64,000 nt of DNA from an uncultured Sterolibacterium sp. (GTDB taxonomy: Bacteria > Pseudomonadota > Gammaproteobacteria > Burkholderiales > Rhodocyclaceae), in contig CAILCO010000058.1 in NCBI GenBank assembly GCA_903832735.1, positions 1,018-65,017 on the forward strand, given 5' to 3'. The translations under genes and the position numbers were made by a program. The notes below the pieces were generated by a model. It was not told the origin of the DNA, made no database searches, and saw nothing but the letters and a program-made list of their open reading frames with translations. Below, in pieces: positions 52,789-64,000 of this stretch (the first letter of the stretch is position 1; every line of letters starts with the position of its first letter).

Positions 52789-54573
52789 CTATTTTTTGCG
52801 TACCGGTGGTAAATCGGTGCAATGCCCTTCGAAGGCTTCGGCGGCCATGCCGATCGATTCGCCCAGGGTCGGGTGCGGATGGATGGTCTTGGCGATATCG
52901 ACGCTGTCGGCACCCATCTCGATGGCCAGGGCCACTTCGCCGATCAGGTCGCCGGCATGGGGGCCGACGATGGCGCCGCCGATGATGCGATGGCTGTCCG
53001 GCTCGAAGAGCAGCTTGGTGAAGCCGTAGTCGGCGCCGTTGGCGATGGCGCGCCCCGAGGCCGCCCAGGGGAACAAGCCTTTCTCGAAGGCGACGCCCTG
53101 CGCCTTGGCCTGATCCTCGGTCAGGCCGACCCAGGCAATCTCGGGATCGGTGTAGGCCACCGAGGGAATCACCCGGGCATCGAAGAAGGACTTCGCGCCA
53201 GAGGCCGCCTCGGCGGCGACATGCGCTTCGTGCACCGCCTTGTGCGCCAGCATCGGTTGGCCGACCACGTCGCCGATGGCGTAGATGTGCGCCACGTTGC
53301 TGCGCATCTGCCGGTCGACCTGGATGAAGCCGCGGGCATCGACGGCGACGCCGGCTTTGTCGGCATCCAGTTTGGCGCCGTTGGGCGTGCGTCCGACGGC
53401 AACCAGGATCATGTCGTAGAGTTGCGCTTCGGCCGGCGCCTGTTCGCCCGCGAAGCTGACCTTCAGTCCCTCAGGCAAGGCTTCGACGGCAGTGACTCGG
53501 GTCTTCAGCATCACCTTGTCGAAGCGCCGGCTGTTGCGTTTCTCGAACACCTTGACCAGGTCTCGGTCGGCGCCCGGCATCAGGCCGTCCAACATTTCCA
53601 CGACGCTGATCCGGCTGCCCAGCGCCGAATACACCGTGGCCATTTCCAGGCCGATGATGCCGCCGCCGATCACCAGCAGATGCTTGGGGATGAGGGGGAG
53701 TTCCAGCGCCCCGGTGGAGTCGACGATGCGCGGATCGACCGGAACGAAGGGCAGCTTCACCGGCTGACTGCCGGCGGCGATGATGGCCTGTTCGAACCTG
53801 ATGGTCTTGACGCCGCTTGCGGTGTCGACCGCCAGATGATGCGCATCGACGAATCGGCCGAGGCCCTTGATCACCTCGACCTTGCGCATCTTGGCCATGG
53901 CGGCCAGGCCGCCGGTCAGCCGGGCGACGACGGCACTCTTGTGCGCGGCGAGCTTGGCGAGATCGATTTGCGGCGCGGCGAAGGCGACGCCCAGTTCGGA
54001 GAAATGCGCCGCTTCTTCCATCACCGAGGCGACATGGAGCAGCGCCTTCGAGGGGATGCAGCCGACATTGAGGCAGACGCCGCCCAGGGCGGCGTAACGC
54101 TCGACCAGCAGCGTCTTCAGCCCCAGGTCGGCGGCGCGGAAGGCGGCCGAATAGCCGCCGGGTCCGGCGCCGAGGACCAGCATCTGGCATTCGAAGTCGG
54201 CGGAAACCTCGCCAGCGGCGGCCTGCGGCGCGGGCGCGCTGGCGGCAACCGGTGTGGCAACGGTTGCGGCAACCGGTGGCGGGACTGCGGCCGGCGCCGC
54301 CACCTCGGCAGACGCGGCAGCGGCAAGTTTGCCCTCGGCTTCGAGGAGCAGGATCAGGCTGCCCTGCGAGACCTTGTCGCCGATCTTCAGTTTCACTTCC
54401 TTGACTATTCCGGCGGCAGGCGAGGGCACTTCCAGCGTCGCCTTGTCGGACTCCAGGGAGAGCAGCGCGTCTTCGGCGGCGATACTGTCGCCGGCCTGGA
54501 CATGTACTTCGATCACCGGCACGTCGTGGAAGTCGCCGATGTCCGGCACCGTCACTTCGATGGTTGCGCTCAT
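52789..54573 (-). CDS. lpdA: Dihydrolipoyl dehydrogenase (E3) with an N-terminal lipoyl domain
   Basis: 594 aa from ATG 54573 (ATGA overlap with the aceF stop). Lipoyl domain (LESDKATLEVPSP), Ala/Pro linker, FAD motif GAGPGGY, redox disulfide CLNVGCIPSK. Confidence 0.93.
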   Translation of the reverse strand: MSATIEVTVPDIGDFHDVPVIEVHVQAGDSIAAEDALLSLESDKATLEVPSPAAGIVKEVKLKIGDKVSQGSLILLLEAEGKLAAAASAEVAAPAAVPPPVAATVATPVAASAPAPQAAAGEVSADFECQMLVLGAGPGGYSAAFRAADLGLKTLLVERYAALGGVCLNVGCIPSKALLHVASVMEEAAHFSELGVAFAAPQIDLAKLAAHKSAVVARLTGGLAAMAKMRKVEVIKGLGRFVDAHHLAVDTASGVKTIRFEQAIIAAGSQPVKLPFVPVDPRIVDSTGALELPLIPKHLLVIGGGIIGLEMATVYSALGSRISVVEMLDGLMPGADRDLVKVFEKRNSRRFDKVMLKTRVTAVEALPEGLKVSFAGEQAPAEAQLYDMILVAVGRTPNGAKLDADKAGVAVDARGFIQVDRQMRSNVAHIYAIGDVVGQPMLAHKAVHEAHVAAEAASGAKSFFDARVIPSVAYTDPEIAWVGLTEDQAKAQGVAFEKGLFPWAASGRAIANGADYGFTKLLFEPDSHRIIGGAIVGPHAGDLIGEVALAIEMGADSVDIAKTIHPHPTLGESIGMAAEAFEGHCTDLPPVRKK

Positions 54574-55886
54574 AGCATCGTCCTGCGCATGTCGGCGAGC
54601 AGTTGCGCGACAAAGGTGGTGAAGCGCGCCGCGCTGGCGCCGTCGATGACGCGGTGATCGTAGGAGAGCGATAGCGGCAGCATCAGGCGCGGGGCGAATG
54701 CCTGGCCGTCCCATTTCGGCTTGATTTCGCCTTTGGAGACGCCGAGTATCGCCACTTCCGGCGCATTGATGATAGGTGTGAAGGCGGTGCCGCCGATGCC
54801 GCCCAGGGACGAGATCGAGAAGCAGCCCCCTTGCATTTCGGCCGGCGTGAGTTTGCCTTCGCGGGCCTTCTTCGACAGTTCCGCCATGTTGCGGGCGATC
54901 TCCAGCACGCCCTTCTTGTCGGCGTCCCTGATTACCGGGACGACCAGGCCGTTGGGCGTGTCGGCGGCGAAGCCGATGTTCAGGTATTGCTTCAGGACGA
55001 GATTGTCGCCGTCGAGCGAAGCGTTGAAGTCGGGATACTTTTCCAGCGCCGCGACCACGGCCTTGATCAGGAAGGCGAGCAGAGTCAGCTTCACGCCGGA
55101 CTGTTCATTTTCCTTGTTCACCGTGACGCGGAAGGCTTCGAGATCGGTGATGTCGGCCTCGTCGAACTGGGTGACATGCGGAATCATCACCCAGTTGCGG
55201 TGCAGGTTGGCCCCGGAGATCTTCTTGATGCGCGAGAGCGGCCGCAATTCGACCGGGCCGAACTTGGCGAAATCGATCTTGGGCCAGGGCAGCAGGTCCA
55301 GGCTGCCGCCGCGGCTCGCAGGCCCGGGCGCAGGCGGCGCGGCGAGCCGTGCCTTGACGTAGTTCTGGACGTCCTCCCTGAGGATGCGGCCCTTGGGACC
55401 CGTGCCCTGGAGTTTCGCCACCTCGACGCCGAGTTCGCGCGCAAAGCGCCGCAACGACGGGCTGGCATGGCTGTAGCCGGGCGCTATGGCAGGCGCAGCA
55501 AGAGCAGCACCCGGCGCTGCGGCCGGGATCGGCGCCGGAACAGCTTGGGCTACGGCTGGCGCAGCGGGCGGTGGGACCGCGGCTGGGGGGGGGGCCTGGG
55601 GGCTGGCCTGAGGGGTGGGTTGTGGCGCGGGTTGTGGAATATTCTCGGCAGTTTCCAGGAGCAGCACCAGGGTGCCCGCGGAAACCTTGTCGCCTAGTTT
55701 CAGGCGCACTTCCCTGACGATGCCGGCGACCGGCGAAGGCACTTCGAGCGTCGCCTTGTCCGACTCCAGCATGACCAGGGCCTGCTCCTGCTTGATGCTG
55801 TCGCCGGGCGCAACCAGCACTTCGATCACCGGCACGTCGTGGAAATCGCCGATGTCCGGCACTTTCACTTCTATGGTCTGCGACAT
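54570..55886 (-). CDS. aceF: Dihydrolipoamide acetyltransferase (E2) of pyruvate dehydrogenase, single lipoyl domain
   Basis: 438 aa from ATG 55886 (RBS AGGAGA). Lipoyl motif LESDKATLEVPSP, E3-binding domain (SPSLRRFARELGV), catalytic segment SYDHRVIDG. Confidence 0.93.
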   Translation of the reverse strand: MSQTIEVKVPDIGDFHDVPVIEVLVAPGDSIKQEQALVMLESDKATLEVPSPVAGIVREVRLKLGDKVSAGTLVLLLETAENIPQPAPQPTPQASPQAPPPAAVPPPAAPAVAQAVPAPIPAAAPGAALAAPAIAPGYSHASPSLRRFARELGVEVAKLQGTGPKGRILREDVQNYVKARLAAPPAPGPASRGGSLDLLPWPKIDFAKFGPVELRPLSRIKKISGANLHRNWVMIPHVTQFDEADITDLEAFRVTVNKENEQSGVKLTLLAFLIKAVVAALEKYPDFNASLDGDNLVLKQYLNIGFAADTPNGLVVPVIRDADKKGVLEIARNMAELSKKAREGKLTPAEMQGGCFSISSLGGIGGTAFTPIINAPEVAILGVSKGEIKPKWDGQAFAPRLMLPLSLSYDHRVIDGASAARFTTFVAQLLADMRRTML

Positions 55887-55900
55887 GTTGTCTCCTGGGG

Positions 55901-58582
<2,682 letters not shown>

Positions 58583-58666
58583 TTCCTCTCGGCGTTTTCT
58601 GCTGTACTGGCGAGCAAACCCCGAACACTTTATCAGCATCCGGAGCCTGTTGCGATTGCGTTCCGC

Positions 58667-58695
58667 ATTATAAAAGATGACTTCACATGGTGCAA
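58667..58695 (-). promoter_or_regulatory. Candidate sigma70 promoter of aceE (-35 TTGCAC, 17-nt spacer, -10 TATAAT)
   Basis: Read on the minus strand. The -10 hexamer is perfect and lies about 85 nt upstream of the aceE start. Confidence 0.4.
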
Positions 58696-58740
58696 TGAGC
58701 TCGCGGACCCGCTCGTTTTCGTAGCGCCGTAAGCGGCAAC

Positions 58741-58754
58741 TTGACGCATGTCAA
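58741..58754. promoter_or_regulatory. FNR/FixK/Anr-type box TTGAC-GCAT-GTCAA
   Basis: A perfect 5+5 dyad matching TTGA-N6-TCAA. AT-rich -10 candidates (AATACT 58775-58780, TACTCT 58777-58782) give class II (-41.5-like) spacing for iorA. The box is about 87 bp upstream of the putative aceE transcription start. Confidence 0.5.
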
Positions 58755-58816
58755 GCCCATTGCCGGACGGTGGCAATACTCTGTAAGATCACTCATTTTT
58801 TTTGAAGGTAGCGCAC

Positions 58817-60688
58817 ATGGCAGCAAGTCAACTCGCACCGGCGCCCAGCCACTCCCGCCTGCTCCTCTCGGGCAACGAAGCCATCGCCCGTGCCGTCTGG
58901 GAGTCCGGCGTGCGCGTGGCTTCGGCCTATCCGGGCACGCCGGCCACCGAGATGCTGGAGAACCTCGCCCATTATCCCGATCTCTACACCGAGTGGTCGG
59001 TCAATGAGAAGGTCGCGCTCGAGGTGGCCATCGGCGCCTCGATGGCCGGTTCGCGATCGTTCTGCGCGATGAAGCATGTCGGCATGAACGTTGCGGCTGA
59101 TCCGCTGATGACCCTGACCCTGACCGGAGCCGCCGGCGCCATGGTGATCGCGGTGGCCGACGACGTCGGCCTGTCGTCTTCGCAGAACGAACAGGATTCC
59201 CGTTTCTGGGGCCGCTTCGCGCACCTGCCGCTGTTCGAGCCGGCCGACTCGCAGGAGGCCTACGACATGACGCTCGCGGGCTATGCCCTGTCGGAAAAAT
59301 TCCAGGTGCCGGTGGTCCTGCGCCTGACCACGCGCATCTGCCACGTCAAGGCGATGGTTTCGGTCGGCGAGCGGGTGGCCCATGAATCCACCGGCTTCGT
59401 CAAGGATCCGCGCCGCTGGGTGATGGTGCCGGGCCACGCCAAGGCGCGCATTCCGCTGATGTACGAGCGCGAAGAACTGCTGCGCGCCGAGGCGGAGATA
59501 TCGCCGCTCAATTTCGTCGTTGCCGGTTCCGACCGCCGCGTCGGTTTCGTCGCCTCCGGCCCTGCCTGGATGCATGTCCAGGAAGCCTTCCCGGATGCGC
59601 CGGCGCTGAAACTGGGCTTTTCCTGCCCGGTGCCGATAGCGAAGATCCGCGCCTTCGCGGCCACGGTCGAGCAACTCGTGGTGGTCGAGGAAACCGAGCC
59701 TCTGCTGGAGATGGAACTGAAGGCCGCCGGCATTCCTTGCCACGGCAAGGACCTGCTGCCCAGGATAGGCGAACTGGCTCCGGAGATTCTCAAGCCGGCC
59801 GTCGCGAAATTGCTCGGCGAAACCCTACCGCTGCCGGCGATCAAGCCCACCCAGGTGTTTCCCCGGCCGCCGACGATGTGCGTCGCTTGTCCGCATCTCG
59901 GGATCTACTACACGCTGGCGCAACTGAAGAACCTCACCATTGCCGGCGATATCGGTTGCTACACGCTCGGCGCCGGCCATCCCTGGAATGCCCTGGATGC
60001 GACGATCTCGATGGGCGCCTCGATGGGCATGGCGCTCGGCCTCGACAAGGGCCGCGCAGAGTCGGACCGCGACAAGAAAGTCCTCGCCGTGATCGGCGAC
60101 TCGACCTTCCTGCACATGGGCATGCAGGGCCTGCTCGACATCACCTATAACCGCGGCAACGTCACCGTCCTGATCCTCGACAACCGCACCGTCGGCATGA
60201 CCGGCGGCCAGGACAACCCGTCCACCGGTCGCGACATTCACGGCGAGGTGGCGCCGCGGGTCGATTTCGTCAAGATCTGCGAGGCGCTCGGCGTCAAGCC
60301 GGAACGGATCCGCAAGGTCGACCCTTACCAGTTGCCGGTGCTGTTCAAGGCCCTGCGCGAAGAGACCAAGATTCCCGAACCTTCGGTGATCATCACCGAC
60401 CGTCCCTGCGTCCTGATCGATGCCTTCGAGCGGCAGAAACCTTATACCGTGATCGCCGACAAATGCACCGGCTGCGGCAACTGTATCGACGTCGGCTGCC
60501 CGGCGATCCACGTCAAGCGGCGCGAGAAGGTGATCAAGAACTCGGGCAAGGAAGTCGAACTGCAGTTCGTCGACATCGAGACCGCCGCCTGCACCGGTTG
60601 CGGCCTCTGCGTCCAGCCCTGCGCGCCGGAGGCGATCGTCGCCGCGCTGCCGGTACAGCCGCTCAACTTTATGAAGAAGCCGTCATGA
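58817..60688 (+). CDS. iorA: Indolepyruvate:ferredoxin oxidoreductase, alpha subunit
   Basis: 623 aa from ATG 58817; TTG 58802 is an alternative. Pyrimidine- and ThDP-binding domains (GDSTFLHMG), and two C-terminal 4Fe-4S motifs: CTGCGNCIDVGCP and CTGCGLCVQPCAP. Confidence 0.88.
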   Translation: MAASQLAPAPSHSRLLLSGNEAIARAVWESGVRVASAYPGTPATEMLENLAHYPDLYTEWSVNEKVALEVAIGASMAGSRSFCAMKHVGMNVAADPLMTLTLTGAAGAMVIAVADDVGLSSSQNEQDSRFWGRFAHLPLFEPADSQEAYDMTLAGYALSEKFQVPVVLRLTTRICHVKAMVSVGERVAHESTGFVKDPRRWVMVPGHAKARIPLMYEREELLRAEAEISPLNFVVAGSDRRVGFVASGPAWMHVQEAFPDAPALKLGFSCPVPIAKIRAFAATVEQLVVVEETEPLLEMELKAAGIPCHGKDLLPRIGELAPEILKPAVAKLLGETLPLPAIKPTQVFPRPPTMCVACPHLGIYYTLAQLKNLTIAGDIGCYTLGAGHPWNALDATISMGASMGMALGLDKGRAESDRDKKVLAVIGDSTFLHMGMQGLLDITYNRGNVTVLILDNRTVGMTGGQDNPSTGRDIHGEVAPRVDFVKICEALGVKPERIRKVDPYQLPVLFKALREETKIPEPSVIITDRPCVLIDAFERQKPYTVIADKCTGCGNCIDVGCPAIHVKRREKVIKNSGKEVELQFVDIETAACTGCGLCVQPCAPEAIVAALPVQPLNFMKKPS

Positions 60689-61302
60689 ATTCCCAGTCAG
60701 TAACCAACATCCTCGTCGTCGGCATCGGCGGCCAGGGCGTCATGACCGCCACCGAGATCCTCGCCGAAGCGGCGATCTCGCTCGGTCATGACGTCAAGAA
60801 AACCGAAGTCGCCGGCATGGCCCAGCGCGGCGGCGTCGTTTCCTCGCACCTGCGTTTCGGCAAGAAAGTGCTCTCGCCGCAGATCGCCCCCGGCGAGGCC
60901 GATCTCATCGTCGGCTTCGAGTCCGCCGAGACCCTGCGCTGGATTCACTACCTCAGGCCGGGCGGCATGGTGCTGATGAATACGGCGCGCCTGGTGCCGC
61001 CGGTGGTCAGCGGCGGGCTCTACGATTACCCGGCCGATCCGGTCGGCGCGATTCGCGACTTGGGGATAGAAGTGCATGCCTTCGACGCCATGGCCATCGC
61101 GCTGGAACTGGGCGATGTGCGCCTGGGCAACAGCGTGATGCTCGGCGCCATCGCCGACCGTCTGCCGTTTTCCGCGGAGATCCTGAAGGAATCCATCCTC
61201 GGCCGCTTCAGGCTGAAGAAACCCGAGATGGTCGAGGTCAACGCCAGAGCCTTCGACGCCGGCCGCGCCGCCGTCGCCCAAGCTGTCGAGGTCACGGTTT
61301 GA
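60685..61302 (+). CDS. iorB: Indolepyruvate:ferredoxin oxidoreductase, beta subunit
   Basis: 205 aa with ATGA overlap to ior[19 protein letters not shown]...[10 protein letters not shown]. Confidence 0.85.
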   Translation: MNSQSVTNILVVGIGGQGVMTATEILAEAAISLGHDVKKTEVAGMAQRGGVVSSHLRFGKKVLSPQIAPGEADLIVGFESAETLRWIHYLRPGGMVLMNTARLVPPVVSGGLYDYPADPVGAIRDLGIEVHAFDAMAIALELGDVRLGNSVMLGAIADRLPFSAEILKESILGRFRLKKPEMVEVNARAFDAGRAAVAQAVEVTV

Positions 61303-62159
61303 GCGCGCAACTGCTCGACGGCAACGCGCTCTCGGCGATCATCCGCAACGATCTTGCCGCGCGCGCCGCGGCGCTCGTCGCGCGCGGCGTCACGCCCTGC
61401 CTGGCGGTGATCCTGGCCGGCGAGGATCCGGCATCGAGCGTCTATGTCAGGAACAAGGTCAATGCCTGCGAGAAGGCCGGGATGCGCTCGCTGAAAGACA
61501 TCTATCCGGCGGACGTCGATCCGGCCGTGGTCTTCAGCAGGATCGCCGAACTGAACGCCGACCCCGAGGTCCATGGCATCCTGGTGCAACTGCCCTTGCC
61601 GAAGCAATTCGACAGCCAGGCGGTGCTCGAAGCCATCTCGCCGGAGAAGGACGTCGATGGCTTTCACGCCGAAAACATCGGCGCCCTGATGCAGGGCACG
61701 CCGCGCTTCATTCCGTGCACGCCTTACGGCGTCATGGAGATGCTGAAGAGCCGCAAGGTCAGCCTGAAAGGCGCCGAGGCGGTGATCGTCGGGCGCAGCA
61801 ACATCGTCGGCAAACCCATGGCCATGCTCCTGCTCGCCGCCGGCTGCACCGTCACGATCTGCCACTCGCAGACCCGGGACCTGGCCTTCCACACCCGGCG
61901 CGCCGACATCCTGGTGGCGGCGGTGGGGCGGCCGAAGATGATCGTCGGCGCGATGATCAAGCCCGGCGCGACGGTGATCGACGTCGGCATCAACCGCCTG
62001 GCCGATGGTAAGCTTTGCGGCGATGTGGACTTCGAGTCGGCCAAAGAAGTGGCCGGCATCATCACTCCGGTGCCCGGCGGGGTCGGACCGATGACCATCA
62101 CGATGTTGCTGGCCAATACCATCGAGGCCGCCGAGCGCAGATCAGGGGGACAGGAATGA
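61299..62159 (+). CDS. folD: Bifunctional methylenetetrahydrofolate dehydrogenase / methenyltetrahydrofolate cyclohydrolase
   Basis: 286 aa. The TTG start overlaps the iorB stop (TTGA). [33 protein letters not shown]. Confidence 0.94.
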   Translation: MSAQLLDGNALSAIIRNDLAARAAALVARGVTPCLAVILAGEDPASSVYVRNKVNACEKAGMRSLKDIYPADVDPAVVFSRIAELNADPEVHGILVQLPLPKQFDSQAVLEAISPEKDVDGFHAENIGALMQGTPRFIPCTPYGVMEMLKSRKVSLKGAEAVIVGRSNIVGKPMAMLLLAAGCTVTICHSQTRDLAFHTRRADILVAAVGRPKMIVGAMIKPGATVIDVGINRLADGKLCGDVDFESAKEVAGIITPVPGGVGPMTITMLLANTIEAAERRSGGQE

Positions 62160-62671
62160 ATTCAGTGGCTGCCGTTCGCGGGAATCCCCTGGTTGGCATC
62201 GTCATGGGCTCGGATTCCGACTGGCCGGTGCTGCGCGCTGCGGCGATGACTCTCAAGGATTTCGGCATTGCTTACGAGGCCCGCGTGCTCTCGGCGCACC
62301 GCACGCCGGATGCCGCCCTGGACTACGCCGAAAGTGCCGCGGGGCGCGGTATCAAGGTGCTGATCGGCGCTGCCGGAGGCGCGGCCCACCTGGCCGGCGT
62401 GCTGGCCGCCAAGACGGAACTGCCGGTGCTCGGCGTGCCGATGCCCTCGAAACATCTGCAGGGGCTCGATTCGCTGCTCGCGATGGTGCAGATGCCCGGT
62501 GGCATTCCCGTCGCCACCTTCGCCATCGGCGAGGCCGGCGCCACCAATGCCGCATTGTTCGCGGTGGCCATGCTGGCGCTGAACGATCCCGACCTGGCGC
62601 GGAAGCTGTCCCTGTTCCGCCAAGGTCAGACCGAGAAGGTCCTGGCCAAGACCCTGCCCGACCTGCCTTGA
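62156..62671 (+). CDS. purE: N5-carboxyaminoimidazole ribonucleotide mutase
   Basis: 171 aa with ATGA overlap to fol[30 protein letters not shown]. Confidence 0.94.
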   Translation: MNSVAAVRGNPLVGIVMGSDSDWPVLRAAAMTLKDFGIAYEARVLSAHRTPDAALDYAESAAGRGIKVLIGAAGGAAHLAGVLAAKTELPVLGVPMPSKHLQGLDSLLAMVQMPGGIPVATFAIGEAGATNAALFAVAMLALNDPDLARKLSLFRQGQTEKVLAKTLPDLP

Positions 62672-62679
62672 GGGCACCG

Positions 62680-63669
62680 ATGGACGATCAGCTCGCCGAA
62701 GCGCTGCACCTCCTGCGCATCGGCGAGCTGGTCGCTTTTCCCACCGAGACGGTCTATGGCTTGGGTGCCGATGCCTCGAATCCCCAGGCGGTGGCGAAGA
62801 TTTTCGCCGCCAAGGGCCGGCCCGCCGATCATCCGCTGATCGTTCATCTGGCCGACGCCGCCGCCATCGACGATTGGGCGCGCGAAGTGCCGATTGAGGC
62901 GCGCCGGCTTGCCGCCGCCTTCTGGCCGGGCCCGCTGACCTTGATCCTGAAGCGCTCCGGCAGGGCCCCCGACGCCGTCACCGGCGGTCAGGACACGGTC
63001 GGCCTGCGTGTGCCCCGGCACCCGCTGGCGCTGGCCTTGCTGGCCGGCTTCGGCGGCGGGATTGCGGCGCCTTCGGCCAACCGTTTCGGCCGCATCAGCC
63101 CGACCACCGCCGCCCATGTGCGCGAGGAGCTGGGTGCCGCCGTTGCCCTGGTGCTGGACGGCGGGCCCTGCGCGGTCGGCATCGAGTCGACCATCGTCGA
63201 CTTCAGCCGCGGTGCGCCGATAGTGCTGCGACCCGGCGCCATCACCGCGTCCGACATCGACGCCGTGATCGGCGCGACGACCGGGCAGGGCGGGGCAGTG
63301 GCCGATCCGGCCGCACCGCCGCGCGTCTCCGGTTCGCTGGCCGCGCACTACGCGCCGTCCGCGCCGCTGTGCCTGGTCGCTGCGGACGGCATCAAAGCCG
63401 CCGCCGCCGCCGCCCTGGCCGAGGGCCGGCGCGTCGCCGTGCTCGCGCGCACGCTCCAGCCATTCGCCGCAACGGATCTCCTCTGGCATGACGCGCCGCT
63501 CGCCGCGACGGGCTACGCCCACGAACTGTATGCGACGCTGCGCCTGCTCGACGCCTCCGGCGCCGACCTGATCCTGGTCGAGGCGTTACCGCAGGAGGCC
63601 GCCTGGCAAGCCGTCGCCGACCGTCTGCAGCGGGCCGCCTGCGGTTCCGGCGAAAATGATGAAACCTGA
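62680..63669 (+). CDS. tsaC: L-threonylcarbamoyladenylate synthase (Sua5/YwlC long form)
   Basis: 329 aa from ATG 62680; TTG 62668, overlapping the purE stop, is an alternative. AFPTETVYGLGAD, SANRFG, and a C-terminal Sua5 domain. Confidence 0.88.
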   Translation: MDDQLAEALHLLRIGELVAFPTETVYGLGADASNPQAVAKIFAAKGRPADHPLIVHLADAAAIDDWAREVPIEARRLAAAFWPGPLTLILKRSGRAPDAVTGGQDTVGLRVPRHPLALALLAGFGGGIAAPSANRFGRISPTTAAHVREELGAAVALVLDGGPCAVGIESTIVDFSRGAPIVLRPGAITASDIDAVIGATTGQGGAVADPAAPPRVSGSLAAHYAPSAPLCLVAADGIKAAAAAALAEGRRVAVLARTLQPFAATDLLWHDAPLAATGYAHELYATLRLLDASGADLILVEALPQEAAWQAVADRLQRAACGSGENDET

Positions 63670-63732
63670 AGCGCTTCAGCTTGCCGTGTTTCGGCCGTTA
63701 AACTCTCAGGATCGTTTTCTAGGAGACCGGGA

Positions 63733-63999
63733 GTGGCCATGCTCGATGTGATCAACGGCGCGCGCTCGGGCCGCAATGCCGGCAGCGTCAGCGCAAACCG
63801 GATCGAGTCCGCCGTGCAAGAGGCCATAGCTCGGGGTTTGGTGGTCGGCCGCCGGGTCCGGATAGGGAAAGTCGCCGGCGTCGTGGTCGGCTACAACATC
63901 GCCAGCTTCGGTCAGTTTCTTGGCGCCGCCTATCCGCTGCTGGTGTATACCCCGTTAGGTATCTCGAAATGCGCCCTGGCAGAAGTCGAACTGGTTTGA
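63733..63999 (+). CDS. Hypothetical small protein (88 aa), no family recognised
   Basis: Complete ORF ending 1 nt before the window edge. RBS AGGAGA lies 6 nt before GTG 63733 (ATG 63739 is an alternative). I recognise no motifs. Confidence 0.45.
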   Translation: MAMLDVINGARSGRNAGSVSANRIESAVQEAIARGLVVGRRVRIGKVAGVVVGYNIASFGQFLGAAYPLLVYTPLGISKCALAEVELV

Positions 64000-64000
64000 G

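Noticed and set aside
58793-59743. 316-aa minus-strand ORF overlapping the start of iorA and the aceE-iorA spacer.
   Set aside because: It is antisense to iorA, has no motifs, and would run through the FNR-type box and promoter region. Treated as a shadow ORF.

Overview
GC-rich chromosomal segment with betaproteobacterial gene content and synteny, read from the ORF translations only. It is almost entirely core metabolism. I recognise 56 intact protein-coding genes and one decayed regulator, and saw no rRNA or tRNA genes, CRISPR arrays, transposases, integrases, prophage or recognisable defence genes.

Main blocks:
- An accessory-looking Bug-SBP, two-subunit molybdenum hydroxylase and ModA-like cluster.
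- hemA-prfA-prmC and grxD.
- argH, then algZ-algR-(fadD)-hemCDXY.
- dusB-fis-purH-purD-hemF.
- ubiH-pepP-murU-amgK, divergent from lptD-surA-pdxA-rsmA.
- purC-prlC-xthA.
- A one-strand Calvin-cycle cluster of about 10 kb: cbbY-cbbM (form II RuBisCO)-prk-tkt-gap-pgk-pyk-fba.
- rsmE, a two-domain PPK2, argA, yggX, phoU, rpiA.
- aceE-aceF-lpdA, divergent from iorA-iorB-folD-purE-tsaC.

I found no convincing novel multi-gene system. The most interesting signals are small-scale:
- A decayed 64-codon cbbR remnant next to the cbb cluster.
- A phased 5 x 11-nt tandem array between prk and tkt.
- A chain of alternating 9-mer hairpin arms and a 65-nt tandem duplication in front of ppk2.
- An FNR/FixK-type box between the pyruvate dehydrogenase and indolepyruvate:ferredoxin oxidoreductase operons.
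- REP-like palindromes inside the cbb operon.
- A signal-peptide-less ModA-fold protein beside a molybdoenzyme.

All functional calls are from motif recognition by eye. No searches were run.
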